A DNA stretch of 62,913 nt, counting the filler, from Olpidium bornovanus S191 (taxonomy: Eukaryota > Fungi > Olpidiomycota), in NCBI GenBank assembly GCA_017911155.1. It is 26 parts of 26 records of this genome, joined end to end, with 100 filler letters (N's around TTAATTAATTAA, not from the genome) between each part and the next. Parts side by side here need not be neighbours in the genome. Positions count along the whole stretch, not along the records: positions 35,890 to 38,413 come from JAEFCI010012013.1; positions 38,514 to 39,878 come from JAEFCI010010272.1; positions 39,979 to 41,938 come from JAEFCI010011814.1; positions 42,039 to 43,451 come from JAEFCI010008640.1; positions 43,552 to 44,945 come from JAEFCI010006509.1; positions 45,046 to 46,930 come from JAEFCI010005259.1; positions 47,031 to 51,349 come from JAEFCI010003534.1; 19 more parts are not named here. One strand, written 5' to 3'. Positions 36,379 to 50,058 of the stretch are shown piece by piece; the first letter of the stretch is position 1, and every line of letters starts with the position of its first letter. The notes below the pieces were generated by a model that was not told the origin of the DNA, did not search any database, and was given only the letters and a program-made list of their open reading frames with translations. Both the position numbers and the translations under genes were made by a program.

Positions 36379-36951
36379 AACTTAAGCGCGAAGCTTTGAA
36401 ACGAACGGGTCGGTCAGTTGTTCATGGCGTAAACAATTACGCAAAGACGTTTGCGCATTCGTCGATCGATCGACTGGTTCGAAGGAACCATTGGCCGGTC
36501 GATCGGCGACAGGTCGAAGGCCAGCGGTAGGTCGATCGCTGGGTTCGAACGATCTAACGGCAGCAAACGAATCGACAGCGGGGGTTGAGCAGGCGAAAAC
36601 GACGGAAAAGCGGCATTTTGAAAACGACGCAACGGTCGTCGTTGCCGGCAACGAAAACAAACGAACGCAAACGCGGAAACGAACGCAAGCGCAAAAACAA
36701 GCAGAAAAACAAGCGCGAAAACGGGTGCTGCGGCGGAACGATGGTGGAACGACGCAGAAAGGAAAAAAATGCTGCGAAAAACAGCCAAACGCAGCGACAC
36801 AGAAAGCAAAGCGCGCGGCGTCGAACGCGAGGAACGACGACGCGGTTTTCCTTGGTCGAAAAGACCTCGGATGGCGCGACGGAAGGCGGCGCGGCGGAAG
36901 GCGGTGCGGCAGGAGCCGAACGCGGGCGCGGCGGAGGCGGCGCGCGGGCAC

Positions 36952-37060
36952 GGCGGAGGGCGAAGCGCAGGCGTGGCGGAGGACGAAGCGCAGGCGCGGC
37001 AGAGGGCGAAGCGCAGGCGCGGCAGAGGGCGAAGCGCAGGCGCGGCAGAGGGCGAAGCGC
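36952..37060 (+). repeat. 23-bp tandem repeat, 4 full copies plus 1 partial (GGCAGAGGGCGAAGCGCAGGCGC)
   Basis: Units start at 36952, 36975, 36998, 37021 and 37044. A GCTGGTCGAAAGGGA duplication follows. Confidence 0.93.
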
Positions 37061-37189
37061 GGGAGCTGGTCGAAAGGGAGGCTGGTCGAAAGGGATGGTT
37101 TTTCCTCGGATTCCCTACTTTGTAGTGAGACGTCGAAGGAGGGAGGATTTCAGAGTCTATTCAGGTGTGCCCGGGGGGCCGACTGGCTA

Positions 37190-38413
37190 TATAGGTACAA
37201 GTCACGTGCCCAGTCGACGTCGAGAGGGACACACTACACAACAGATTGGAACCGTCCTAATCATCACGTCTACTGGAACCCCGATCGATCTGGTCTACGT
37301 GGCCCATGCTCCAGGGATACCCCCACTCTTTTCGGTCTCCTCCGCAACAATTCTTGGTTTGTTCGTACACTTCTGGCCAGACGGTCGTGTCGAGATCAAA
37401 GATCATGACGAGGTCATTGCCCGCGGCCAGTGCCGAGGTCACCTTTTCTACCTTAAGGTCAAGATCTGGAGCGTCCTCGCGGACTACAAAGGCAGTATCG
37501 ACCACGACGCGTGTGCCATGGAAGCACGAGTGACACGTGCACACATGACCATCGCCGACAATGTAGAACTCACACGCCAACATCGTCACTTCGGACACCT
37601 AGGGATATCCAACCTCCGGAAAGCGTGTCGTCTCCATGGTATCCCCCTCCCAGACGGCGAGCTCCCGTTCTGCGACGCGTGCAGCTTGGGAAAAATCTGC
37701 CAGAGACCGTACCTGCATGCTTCAACGAAGGAGTACCAGCATCTCGAACGCGTTGACATGGATCTGGCCGGACCATTCCTTCTTAGTCTAACCGGAATGA
37801 AGTATACCTACACAATCACTGATCGTTTGTACCGCTACGCTACCACCTATTTCCTCCGCAGCAAGGATGACGATCTCGCGGCTAAGTTCGACGATTTCCG
37901 ACTACTCATGGAGAACCGGTGCCAACGGCGCATCATGCACCATCACTCCGACCCTGGCGGTGAATTTGTCGACAGGACGTATACCGACCTGCTTGCCCGC
38001 CACAGGATCCGTGTCACAACAACGATCCACTGTTCACCGAACCAAAACGGCGTCGCGGAACGCATCCACGGCACACTCGAGGAGCGCGTCCGGACAATCC
38101 TCTGCGGCACCCAGCTCCCACCTTTGGGATGAGCTTTGGCGTACCGTCATTTGGGATGAACTTTGGAATGAGCTTTGGCGTACCGTCATTTGGATCTACA
38201 ACCGGATGCTGCACACCTTTAATCATGGTATCGCACCCCTCTCCGCTTTGAACAACGCATGCAACATTCGAGACGACGTCACCTCAGATTTTCATGATCT
38301 ACACACTCCGGGATGTACTGCCGTTATCCATCTGCCCAAGGACGAGCGTGAGCATAAACTCGCCTACGTAGGTCGCGTGGTCGTCTACTTGTGCCCTGCT
38401 AGCACCTTCAGAG
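37190..38413 (+). mobile_element. Ty1/copia pol pseudogene (protease remnant, GAG-pre-integrase, rve integrase), frameshifted
   Basis: GTVLI..IDLVYVAHAPGI..LFSVS, HRHFGHLG..CDACSLGK, VDMDLAGP, HSDPGGEF, SPNQNGVAERIHGTL. A frameshift at about 38125 and a 26-bp repeat with 39-bp period precede YNR and KL..G.VVVYL. Confidence 0.93.
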
Positions 38414-38513
38414 NNNNNNNNNNNNNNNNNNNNNNNNNNNNNNNNNNNNNNNNNNNNTTAATTAATTAANNNNNNNNNNNNNNNNNNNNNNNNNNNNNNN
38501 NNNNNNNNNNNNN

Positions 38514-39500
38514 CATGGATGGCCCGGCCACGGATGTGAACCACGCATATAACCACATTCCTTTAAATCTCCCAGCCAGTCGTGACTAGCTGCATCAGCT
38601 GTGTCAGAATTTAAAAACATTTCGAGCTGGGGCGGCAGTCGGTCTCGACCACTAGATCGGCACCCAGAACGCAACGGCTCTCCTCGTGCAGTGCCAACAA
38701 AAGTGAATCCAATTCCCTCTTGGTCTGCCCATATGCTTCCTGAGCATTGTTGAACGTCTTTGTCTCAAATCAGGCGAGCTACTGGTTGTCACCTTCGCCT
38801 TGGGAAAGAACTCATCCGGTCGCGTCAGGTCTGGCATCCGCAATGAGGAAGATCGGGCCCGCGCGCTTCCCATAGTCCCGATCCAAAAATGCAGTGCCCT
38901 GTTCGAGAGAAACCTTGTGTGTTCATGGCTTCGTCGCATTTTGCCAGCCAAACCGAAGGAGTTCCTTTACGAAGCAGGCGGTATAGTGGCTCAGCGCACA
39001 TGCTGAAAATGAGGCAAGAAAGCCCAGTACATGCCGACCGCCCCCAGGAAACAACGCACCTCGCGCGCCAACCGGCACGGTCTCATATCCCGGATGGGCC
39101 ACGGCCTTCTTCCCGTCGATCTTCTTCCCGTAGTCCCCACACCGGAAACCTAGCGTGGGGGATCTCTCTTACGCCAAACACCGACTTTGCACTGGAAAAG
39201 GACAAACCCATTTTCTTCGCGCGTCCTAGGGCCCGCTCGACGCCGTGGATGTGATCGTGTACGAAGGCACAAAGGCCGGGAGCGGCTTCTCTCTGGTCCA
39301 CTCCCGGCCCGCAGCTGCCCCTTTCATGGGGACGTCATCGATGAACAGGCGTATAATGTTGGGGCCATACTCGGCAAATATCTAAGGCCCCGTGTTCATA
39401 TGCCCAACGGAATTGGTTTCCTTTCGAGGCACCAACCATTATGCGAAGGAGACCGAATGACGTTTAACTGGTCATAGCCACTGTAGAGATCAGCGAAAGC
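38514..39500 (-). mobile_element. Degenerate Ty3/gypsy RT-RNase H pseudogene
   Basis: ADLYSGYDQ, RLFIDDVP (YxDD), VRCFLGAVG, IADA..G*VLSQ..FETKTFNNAQEAYGQTKREL..VETDCRP, with several stops and frameshifts. Confidence 0.9.
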
Positions 39501-39978
39501 TGTAAATGGCGCGGCTCGCGAACTCGTCAACAACCTCGTTTACCGACGGTTGACTCTGAGACTCCTAATTGTGACAGCATTGAAGGGTTGACCATCTTGG
39601 ATGAAGCGTTCGAAAGTCCCGCGTACGGCGCAGATACGTTGGGCATGCAGGTGATCCCTTTTACGGAACGGATTGGTGGGGCTGTTTACGGACCCCGTTT
39701 ACCGAGTGAAAGCCTCGCCTGAAAACCATGTCAACGGCGGGTTCCTCCGCGCATTTACATGGCCTGCGCGCCCGGACAAAGTTGCGGCCACGTAACGGGG
39801 TCGTCCGCCACTTCAGTGGCGCCCCGCGGGAAGACAAGTGCGCCCCGAAACGTTCCCGTGGTCGAACGCTGCAGAAAANNNNNNNNNNNNNNNNNNNNNN
39901 NNNNNNNNNNNNNNNNNNNNNNTTAATTAATTAANNNNNNNNNNNNNNNNNNNNNNNNNNNNNNNNNNNNNNNNNNNN

Positions 39979-41938
<1,960 letters not shown>

Positions 41939-42038
41939 NNNNNNNNNNNNNNNNNNNNNNNNNNNNNNNNNNNNNNNNNNNNTTAATTAATTAANNNNNN
42001 NNNNNNNNNNNNNNNNNNNNNNNNNNNNNNNNNNNNNN

Positions 42039-42334
42039 CATGGGTATGCTTCCGGCTCAACTTCGCTGGCAGGCGACCACGAAAACACCCGTTGTCCTTG
42101 TTGGGTTTTCCATAGTGGAAACGATTTGCAACGCGCTGCCTATATTTTATTCCTCCCTCTAATTTTTTCTTTTCCTTTTTGAAAGGCCGGTACCGAAAGG
42201 AGCGAAACGAATACAGGTCCAGGTACGAGCTCCTCGCGAAAAAACACGGGGTTGAGATCGAGCCCGTCGAAGTCAGGACGGCGACGGGGTCCAAGAAGAC
42301 AATCGGTGCCTGCGAGGCTACAAAGCGCAGCTAA
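42039..42334 (+). CDS. Possible terminal exons of an unidentified gene
   Basis: GT donor at 42044 and pyrimidine-rich AG acceptor at 42184-42185 give MG|RYRKERNEYRSRYELLAKKHGVEIEPVEVRTATGSKKTIGACEATKRS*. Confidence 0.35.
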
Positions 42335-43551
42335 AGTACCGGGCAAACCGCACCCTGCCCATTGCTGGTCCGGTACTTTGCACGTATTCTTTCTGGGAAA
42401 TATTTCCAAATGGGGGTATCGTTCCGAGCGCAGGCTGGCGCCGATATACTCTGCGGCGGATTTTGCGTCGGCCGGCGAGGCGGTGTTCGGAGTGGCTTGG
42501 TAGAGAATCGTTGGTCCAGCGGCTTGTTGTTTGCGGAGCTGCAAGGAGAGCCAACCGCTGTTGATTAGCTTTTTTCCGGCATGTTATGCAGCTCCGTGCT
42601 GATTGGGCGAACGACGCGAGAGGGCGTGCTGAAGGTGGTATGATATGTATATGCGAGCATTCGGCCGTCGTCGCGGCGACTTTGAATCCGGTTTCATGGC
42701 GAAATGACAACTTTTGGCAGCCGATGGGGTGACTCTAAGTGGTTGTGGGCTGGTTGTAGTGTACGGGTGTTCCTCGAGTTTGATGATGCTAGGGCCGCAG
42801 GGCGATTATTGCCAGCATTACAAAAGAATTTCTTCAAAACTTGGACAGCCAAGCAGGTGGAGCTGCGGCACGAGATGAGCGCGCAAACTAGGCAGCCTAC
42901 GGTTTGCATCTTTGTCGACATCATTTGGGATGTTTTGCATATCACGTCTAATTTTAAGTGGAGACTGCAACTTCCAACACCGCACCTTCCCCCGGACACG
43001 GGGCAAATGCGTGGAAAAGGATCCACCCCCGACCCCCCAGCTCCCATACATCATTGGCATTGAGTATCTCCGTGGGCGTGTCCCTGCCAAATCATAGGAG
43101 AGCACATTCCCCCCTGAAAATTCAAGCAACGCACCGGTCAAGTCGCAAATTTCCGGCGCGGGATGGGCAAAACGTGTTCCTCCGGGCTCATGACGAACGT
43201 GTTGTTCCGACTCCACAACAATGCAAAAAGCCCGTGCAGCGACTGGATACTGGTGTGAGACAACCCCGTTCTCCGGAAGTGAAAGAGCGCACGGAGAATC
43301 GGTTACGGTCCAAGCACAGTTTTTTTCACCTCATGCCTTCCACCCCACAGCGGATATGTTTTGGAAGGTCTACCCTGGCGTACGGGGGGAAGAGCGGGAG
43401 GTCAGCACACGCTTTCGCTCATTTCAGGCGGCCGCCTCCCGCCCCCCTTCCNNNNNNNNNNNNNNNNNNNNNNNNNNNNNNNNNNNNNNNNNNNNTTAAT
43501 TAATTAANNNNNNNNNNNNNNNNNNNNNNNNNNNNNNNNNNNNNNNNNNNN

Positions 43552-44147
43552 CATGATCGCGTGCGACGGGTGCGAGGAGTGGTTCCACGGCACCTGCGTC
43601 AAGGTCAGCGAGGAGGCCGCGGAACTGGTCGACAAGTACTACTGCCCAAGCTGCACGCGTGAGTTTTCGCTTCGTTGTCCCTCGGGGCAGACCGCCTATT
43701 CCCCCACCCCCTCCTCCTCCTCCTCCTCCTCCTCCCTCTCCGAGTCGCCTTCTTGACACCAATTTTTTGCCCGCGTCGCCAGAAAAAGGTCTCCAATCTT
43801 CCTGGAAGTCCAAGTGCTACCGCGCCGAGTGCACCCGACCGGCGCTCGTCCCCGTGTCGAAATACTGTTCGCAGAACTGCGGCCTCCTCGTCGCGCACCA
43901 GAGGTTGCAAAAGTACGAGGACCGCGTGCGCAAGCTCCACAGCCTGCGGACACGACAAAGGCAAGCCGCGTACCTCCCCGTGGGCGAGGAGAAGCGGGAC
44001 CCGCAGCAGCAGCGGGACTCGCAGCAGCGTCGAGACTTTTTGCAGCGGTCTTCGGCGAACGGGCCGACGCCTGCGCCGGCGGCGGCGGCGCCGGGGGAGA
44101 CCGGACGAGGCGTCGAAGGGAGCGTGACACAGGTCGTCTTTTCCTAG
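43552..44147 (+). CDS. SPP1: COMPASS/Set1C PHD-finger subunit Spp1/CXXC1 fragment, 5' partial, 3' exons unresolved
   Basis: MIACDGCEEWFHGTCVKVSEEAAELVDKYYCPSCT (PHD), then KCYRAECTRPALVPVSKYCSQNCGLLVAHQRL, like the Spp1/Cfp1 C.......SKYCS..CG motif. Confidence 0.82.
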
Positions 44148-44898
44148 CATCGAAATAGCAACGGTGGAGTTCCGGGCTTTGCCGATATCCCCCCCCCCTC
44201 GCATCCGACATTAGTTTTTCCGTCTTACCAGTAACCCCCACGCCACCCCCAACCCACCCAACCCGCCCAAACCTACTTAGCTACAGCATAAACTGGAATC
44301 AACATCTCGGACCTCCGCAGCGCGCACCGTCCAAAGGGTTTTCTTTTTTTCTTGTAAGGGGGGTTTTATTTTTTTTAATTTTCCTTTTTTTTTTGTTTTG
44401 GCCTTCGCCTGCCGGACGGCCCTCTATTCACGGACAACTTGGGACTTTGAGGTTTTTTTTTCGTAACGAAAGCTCCCCTGCTACAGACACGAACAAAAGA
44501 AGACGACCTTCAAATTCGGCTGTCGTTTTGGGACGAAACATGTTCGAACTGGCAAAAACAAAACTTAAAAAAAAACGCGTTGGGGTAGCCCCCCCCCAAA
44601 CCCCCCAAACATTTGTATGTGCATTCTGGAGGGCGGTCGCGTCGTGAGCTCCTTCGAGAATGGCAACGGTCGGCAATCCTACGAGGCGGGTAACCCTAGC
44701 GCCTTTTGAAAAGAGCCAACGTAAATTTTGCAGAGAGCACGGTCGCGAATGCGCAGCTTGCTTTTTGGACTTGATTTCGTGCGATCGACCAAAGTGGGCA
44801 GCGTGGAGTTCTGCTGCAAGGGGGGAGGGGGGAGAAGGGGTTCGTTTTTCTACTACAGGCGGTGTGTGGGGCTGTGGAGGGAGGGGGGGGGGGGGGGG

Positions 44899-44943
<45 letters not shown>

Positions 44944-45045
44944 CGNNNNNNNNNNNNNNNNNNNNNNNNNNNNNNNNNNNNNNNNNNNNTTAATTAATTA
45001 ANNNNNNNNNNNNNNNNNNNNNNNNNNNNNNNNNNNNNNNNNNNN

Positions 45046-46177
45046 CATGCCCTGGTTTGAGACGCCCATTATTTTCGACGTCCGGGCGAGGCCGAGGAAC
45101 GTTTCGTCGCTCACTGGAACTAAAGGTGCGCGAGGCGACAGTTACCAAGAGCGGTTGTGTCAGCGGCAACGACGTCGAGAACTACCGTGCGCGATGCGTT
45201 GTCGATGCGAACCCCTTTGGCTGTGGCGGTATTGCATTTTTTTTTGAATGGTATTGGTTTACTCGACTCTAAACCTATCAACGTTGGGACATTCAGATCT
45301 GCAAATGGTGAACATCACCTGTCGTGTTCTGTCGAAGCCTAAAATCGACCAGCTGGCGCAGATTTACCGGGAGCTGGGCACCGATTACGACGAGCGCGTG
45401 CTGCCGTCAATTGTTAACGAGGTGCTGAAGAGCGTCGTGGCGCAGTTCACTGCGTCGCAACTGAGTGAGTGGGACCTTTGCGGGAAAATGCTATCTTCGG
45501 GGGAGGAGGTGGCGGTGATGGGGTGTGCTCGGTTGCGGGATGCGCCTGCGCGTCATATGCGTTTGCCTGATATGCGTGCCTGTTGCAGTCACGCAGCGTG
45601 ACAAGGTGTCGCGCCTCGTCCGGGAGAACCTGACGCGGCGTGCGCTGCGGTTCAACATCGTGCTGGACGATGTGTCCATCACCCACGTCGTGTTCGGCCA
45701 GGAGTTCACTAATGCCGTTGAGGCCAAACAGATCGGTACGTCCCGGCACCTCGTGAACTTGCGGCCGTTTTTGTTTGGCAGTTATGCTCTTGGCAGCGCA
45801 CGGCCCGCTCCCTCGTTAACTTGCAGCCGCCTCGGGGGCGTACCGCAAAAAAAAAAAAAAAAAAAAAAAAAACAAAAAAAACGCCCCTAACAGCCCAGCA
45901 GGAGGCCCAGCGCGCGGCGTTCATCGTGGACCGGGCGAAGCAGGAGAAGCAGACCACGATCGTCAAAGCCGAGGGTGAGGCCCGGTCTGCCGAGCTCATC
46001 GGCGACGCCATCAAGAACAAGCCTGGCTTCCTGCAGCTGCGGAAAATCGAGACCGCGCGCGAGATCGCGGGCATCCTCTCCCATTCGCCCAACCGGCTGC
46101 TCCTTGATTCGGAGACTTTGCTGCTTAACGTCGGCAACGTCACCGGCAAGGACGCTGGGGCGGAGGTGAGGAATTAG
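45046..46177 (+). CDS. PHB2: Prohibitin-2, 5' partial, 4 exons visible
   Basis: [25 protein letters not shown]|[39 protein letters not shown]..|..[10 protein letters not shown]|[31 protein letters not shown]. Confidence 0.97.
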
Positions 46178-48178
46178 AATCTGAACCATCGGGGCGCGTA
46201 GCCTCTCCGTTGAGCAACACCATCCCCTCCCACCGCCCCCCCCTCCACCACCACCACCACCACCTCCACCACCACCACCTCGGCTCCACGCAAACTCTGT
46301 TTCAACATTATGCGGCTTGCTACCCTATATGTACCGATCGAACAGAACGGAAAGGGCGGTGCGGGCGGGGAATGTAATGCTACACATCAAAAGGGCTCTT
46401 GATTTCCCGGTACACTTTTTTTTTTCCACGGTTGTCGTTGATACTTCGGTTGAATTGGGAGACGTGATAATGTTCGGCCGATGAGATTTGTTTAAGCGGC
46501 AGCTTGGGCCCTCTCAGGTTTTCATCGAGGGTATGGGACGGGCCGGGCCGGCGCGTCTCGACACCTCGAGACAAGGAGGTGAAGAGATGACCCCCGCCAC
46601 GTCCCCCTTCCCCCCCCAACGCGGACGCGGTGGTGTCTACACCTTTTTTAACTGTCGTCTGTTTGGTGCCCCGCTGGAAACACCCTCTCTCCACGCGAAC
46701 GGCCCTTTTTTTCTTCTCTTTTCCTTTTTTTTTGTTTTTTAACAACAAAAAATAAAGCGTTCTGTTCGTTCCGGAAGTCGTTAACCGTGCAGGCCGGAGG
46801 GGGGAGGGGGGTGGGGGGGGGGGGGGGGGGGGGGGGTAAACGCCGAGACCCGCGATCTGTTTTCGCGAGACCCAACGCGCCGCCCGGCGAAAACAGGGAA
46901 GGCCGGCTTCCCGCCCCGCCCCGCCCCGCCNNNNNNNNNNNNNNNNNNNNNNNNNNNNNNNNNNNNNNNNNNNNTTAATTAATTAANNNNNNNNNNNNNN
47001 NNNNNNNNNNNNNNNNNNNNNNNNNNNNNNCAATCCGCCGACACCCCATCACGTGATGCCATCGAGGACATATGCTTTGAGTCGTTTCTAAGGAATTTCA
47101 TTAATTGGATGTAATGCTATTGTGATAATGGGAAAAGTTGTAGTTTCCATGGTATGTGCAGTATCATAAATAAAATTATCGGCCGTATTACTAGGAGATC
47201 AACACAACGGATTTCTTCATCTGAAAAGGGAGCGATGAGCGTGAGCGGTTACAGGAGGTTGGTGGAAGGCGATAAGCTGAGAATATTGTGCAGCCAGATA
47301 GAACACGAACTGGTGAGAGGTGGAGACACAATGACGCTGAGAGCTAATTTCAGCGTCAGGGAGATAGCAATGCGGGCGTGAGGCGAGTATTCTCTCCCTC
47401 CCTAAAAAAAGTTTTTCTGGTCGGTGTGAGGCTCCTGGCGAGAGATATCGGTGGGTTACCGGCTTGAGTTGGAACGGTGGAAGGCGGAGGGCCCGCGCTG
47501 AGTAGCCCGTGGGGACACTGATTGATAGCGGACGACGGTGAAACGATCCAAATGCGCCCGGTCGACAAAGGGCCTCAAAGGGGGGAGCCCTCAACCAGGC
47601 CCAGCCTCCCGACGGCACGCAGGAAAACGCGCGAAGGCGGGCTGCGTCGCGTGATCATGAGTTGCCGCGTCGCTGCACCGCAGGAAGGCGGCGCACCCGT
47701 CAGGCGGGAGAGACAGAGAGCGAGTTGACAGAGAGAAACGAAAAGAAACAACGAGACAGAGAAACACGGCGAGAGAGACAGAGAGACACACGCTGGGAGA
47801 GATCCGTCGCCCGGGGAAAACGAGGGGCGTTTGGCTGGATCCCCACCGCAACCCGGCTTGCGCGAGCCATCCCCTCCCCCCCATCCCCCTTACCCCACGC
47901 CCGTCCGCCCACCGCCGCTATTTTCCGCGAAACCAGCATAAGGTCTTTGCTCAGTGCCGTCTGCCCTCCGGTCGACAGATGGTCGGGGCGATTCGCTCAC
48001 GAAGCCGATGTGTGCGTCAAACCCCACACGCACGTACAGTGTGTCGCGTCTCTAAAAGGCAAGAGAAGTGCGAGAGCGTGTTTTGACGGCCGATTAATGC
48101 GGGATTTGCGTGTTGTGCATGCGAGCGAGAAATGGTCGTTTTGCGAGGGAGGGGGGCGATATGTAAATAAATGAAAAT

Positions 48179-48302
48179 GTGTGTGTTTGTGTGTGTATGT
48201 GTGTGTGTGAGCGTGTGAGTGTGAGTGTGTGAGTGTGTGAGTGAGTGTGTGAGTGAGTGTGTGTGAGTGTGTGTGAGTGTGAGTGTGTGTGTGAGTGTGT
48301 GT

Positions 48303-48345
<43 letters not shown>

Positions 48346-48348
48346 CGC
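48179..48348. repeat. Compound (TG)n/(TGAG)n microsatellite ending in (GC)n
   Basis: About 170 nt of mostly alternating purine-pyrimidine sequence. Confidence 0.95.
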
Positions 48349-48516
48349 AAGTGGTAAACGGGGTGGCGCGTTCGGAACGCGAATAACGTCACGTTTCGCC
48401 GAAACTAGAAAAAAATAAAAGGCGAGCGGTCCGATGCGAAAAAAGGGGGCGGAGAGGCATTTTGTGAGCGCTCGCGTTGGGTTTCGGGGAAGGTTTCTTT
48501 GCTCCTTTTGCCCAAT

Positions 48517-48703
48517 TCACCCTAGTTTTGCTGGCCCGCCCGTCCCGGCGGCGGCGGCGGCGGTGGCGGCGACGGGTTTCGGGTGATGCTCGCCAGCCGC
48601 AACCGCCGGTTTCGATGGATGGCCGCCCGCCCCGGCGGCGGGTTCCGGCTGCTGCCCGCCCTTGCCGGCGGCGGGTTCCTGCGGCTGCCCGCCCGCCCCG
48701 GCT

Positions 48704-48734
<31 letters not shown>

Positions 48735-50058
48735 CGGGTTTCGGTTGCTGCACGCCAGCCTCGACCGCTGCTTTCGGTGGATGGCCGCCCGCCCCGGCGG
48801 CGGGTTTCGGCTGCTGCCCGCCCTTTCCGGCGGCGGGGTCGCCCGACCCGGCAACGGCGGCGGCGCCTTTCGGCTGTTGCTTGCGTTGGCTCTTCGCGGC
48901 GGCCTGGACGAGTTGATGAGTCACCTGGGACTTTTGGTGCTTGACCTTTTTCAGCTGCCGACGCATCTGGGCAGCCTGCTTCTGGACGGCTTGCTTCAGA
49001 GGTTCGTCCACATGTAGTGCGGCTTCGTCAAGGGTGGCCAAATTCTGCGCGCGCGTGGAAGGGGGCGGGCAGCGGTGGGTGAGTGGAGAGCTTTCTTGTT
49101 CAGCCGCGTTTGTCGAGGGATGATTGGGAGCCGCCCGACGGATTAGGGGGTGGAATGGGAGGGTGGGGGGTGGGGTTGGGTGTGTGTGTGGGGGGGAGGG
49201 GGGGGGGAAACGGCAAACACGACCAACCGTTTCAAGGATTTTCTGCTGTGCCTCCAGCCGCTTGAGCCGCATGACCTGACCGTTGTCGGTATTCTTTTCA
49301 TCGGCTCCGGCCGCCGCCGCCGCCGCCGAAGTTTCCGCGGCGGGCGACGCGGTCGCCGTTGCGTTCGCGGCGGCGGCCTTCAAGGCCGCGGCGTCGGCCG
49401 CAGGAGTGGGCGTAGGAGCAGGACTCAAAGTAGGGGCCGCCGCAGCCGTCGCAGAATCCGTCGCGGAATCCGTCACCGAGTCCGCCACCGCGGAGTCCGT
49501 CGGAGTGGGCGTCGACTCGGGTGTTCCCGGAGCCGCGGCCAAATCCGCCGGCGTCGCGGGCGCCGCCGGCAAGGCCGCCGGGTGAACCGTCGCCACCGCG
49601 GTGGCCGGACCCGACGCCGGGGCCGCGGCCGGGTCCGCGGTCGCCGCGGCGGCCAGTTTCGACGCGGCCTCGGCCAGCCCGGGGTCGATCGTGGGAGTTG
49701 GCGCAGGAGTCCCGCTCGACGCGGAGGCCGTCGCGTTTTCGGCAGGGGCAGCCGGAGCCGGACCGACCGGCGCGGCGGGAGCGTCGGCTGCGGGTTGGTC
49801 GTTTGGCGCCGCCGGTTGAACCGCCGCGGGCTGGTCGTCGCGGCCGCCTGCCTTCTCCTTCTTGCCAGCGCCTGTTTTGCCGGGAACGAACGGAGGAGTG
49901 GCCTGCTGCACGAGTTGTTCGACGTCCGCGGGCCGGAGGACGACGACTTGGCCGTGTGCGCCTTCTTCTCCTCCTAATACTCCTCCGCCGGGGACGGGCA
50001 CCGCCGCGGCGACGGCGGCCGTGAGGAGCGAAAGCGCGATCACGTGGACGCGTCTCAT
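48517..50058 (-). CDS. Putative secreted Ala/Pro/Gly-rich repeat protein of unknown function
   Basis: The N-terminus MRRVHVIALSLLTAAVAAAVP looks like a signal peptide. There is an Ala/Pro/Thr low-complexity body, a short coiled-coil-like segment, and duplicated C-terminal PAAGKGGQQP.PAAGAGGHP.K repeats. A likely in-frame intron spans 49045-49227. Confidence 0.72.

Noticed and set aside
36952-37060. 23-bp array as a CRISPR array
   Set aside because: Head-to-tail units with no spacers, no cas genes, and a eukaryotic context.
36585-38132. 515-aa ORF as an intact novel protein or active copia polyprotein
   Set aside because: The N-terminal part is low-complexity repeat sequence, gag and a clear protease DSG motif are absent, and the integrase is frameshifted at about 38125.
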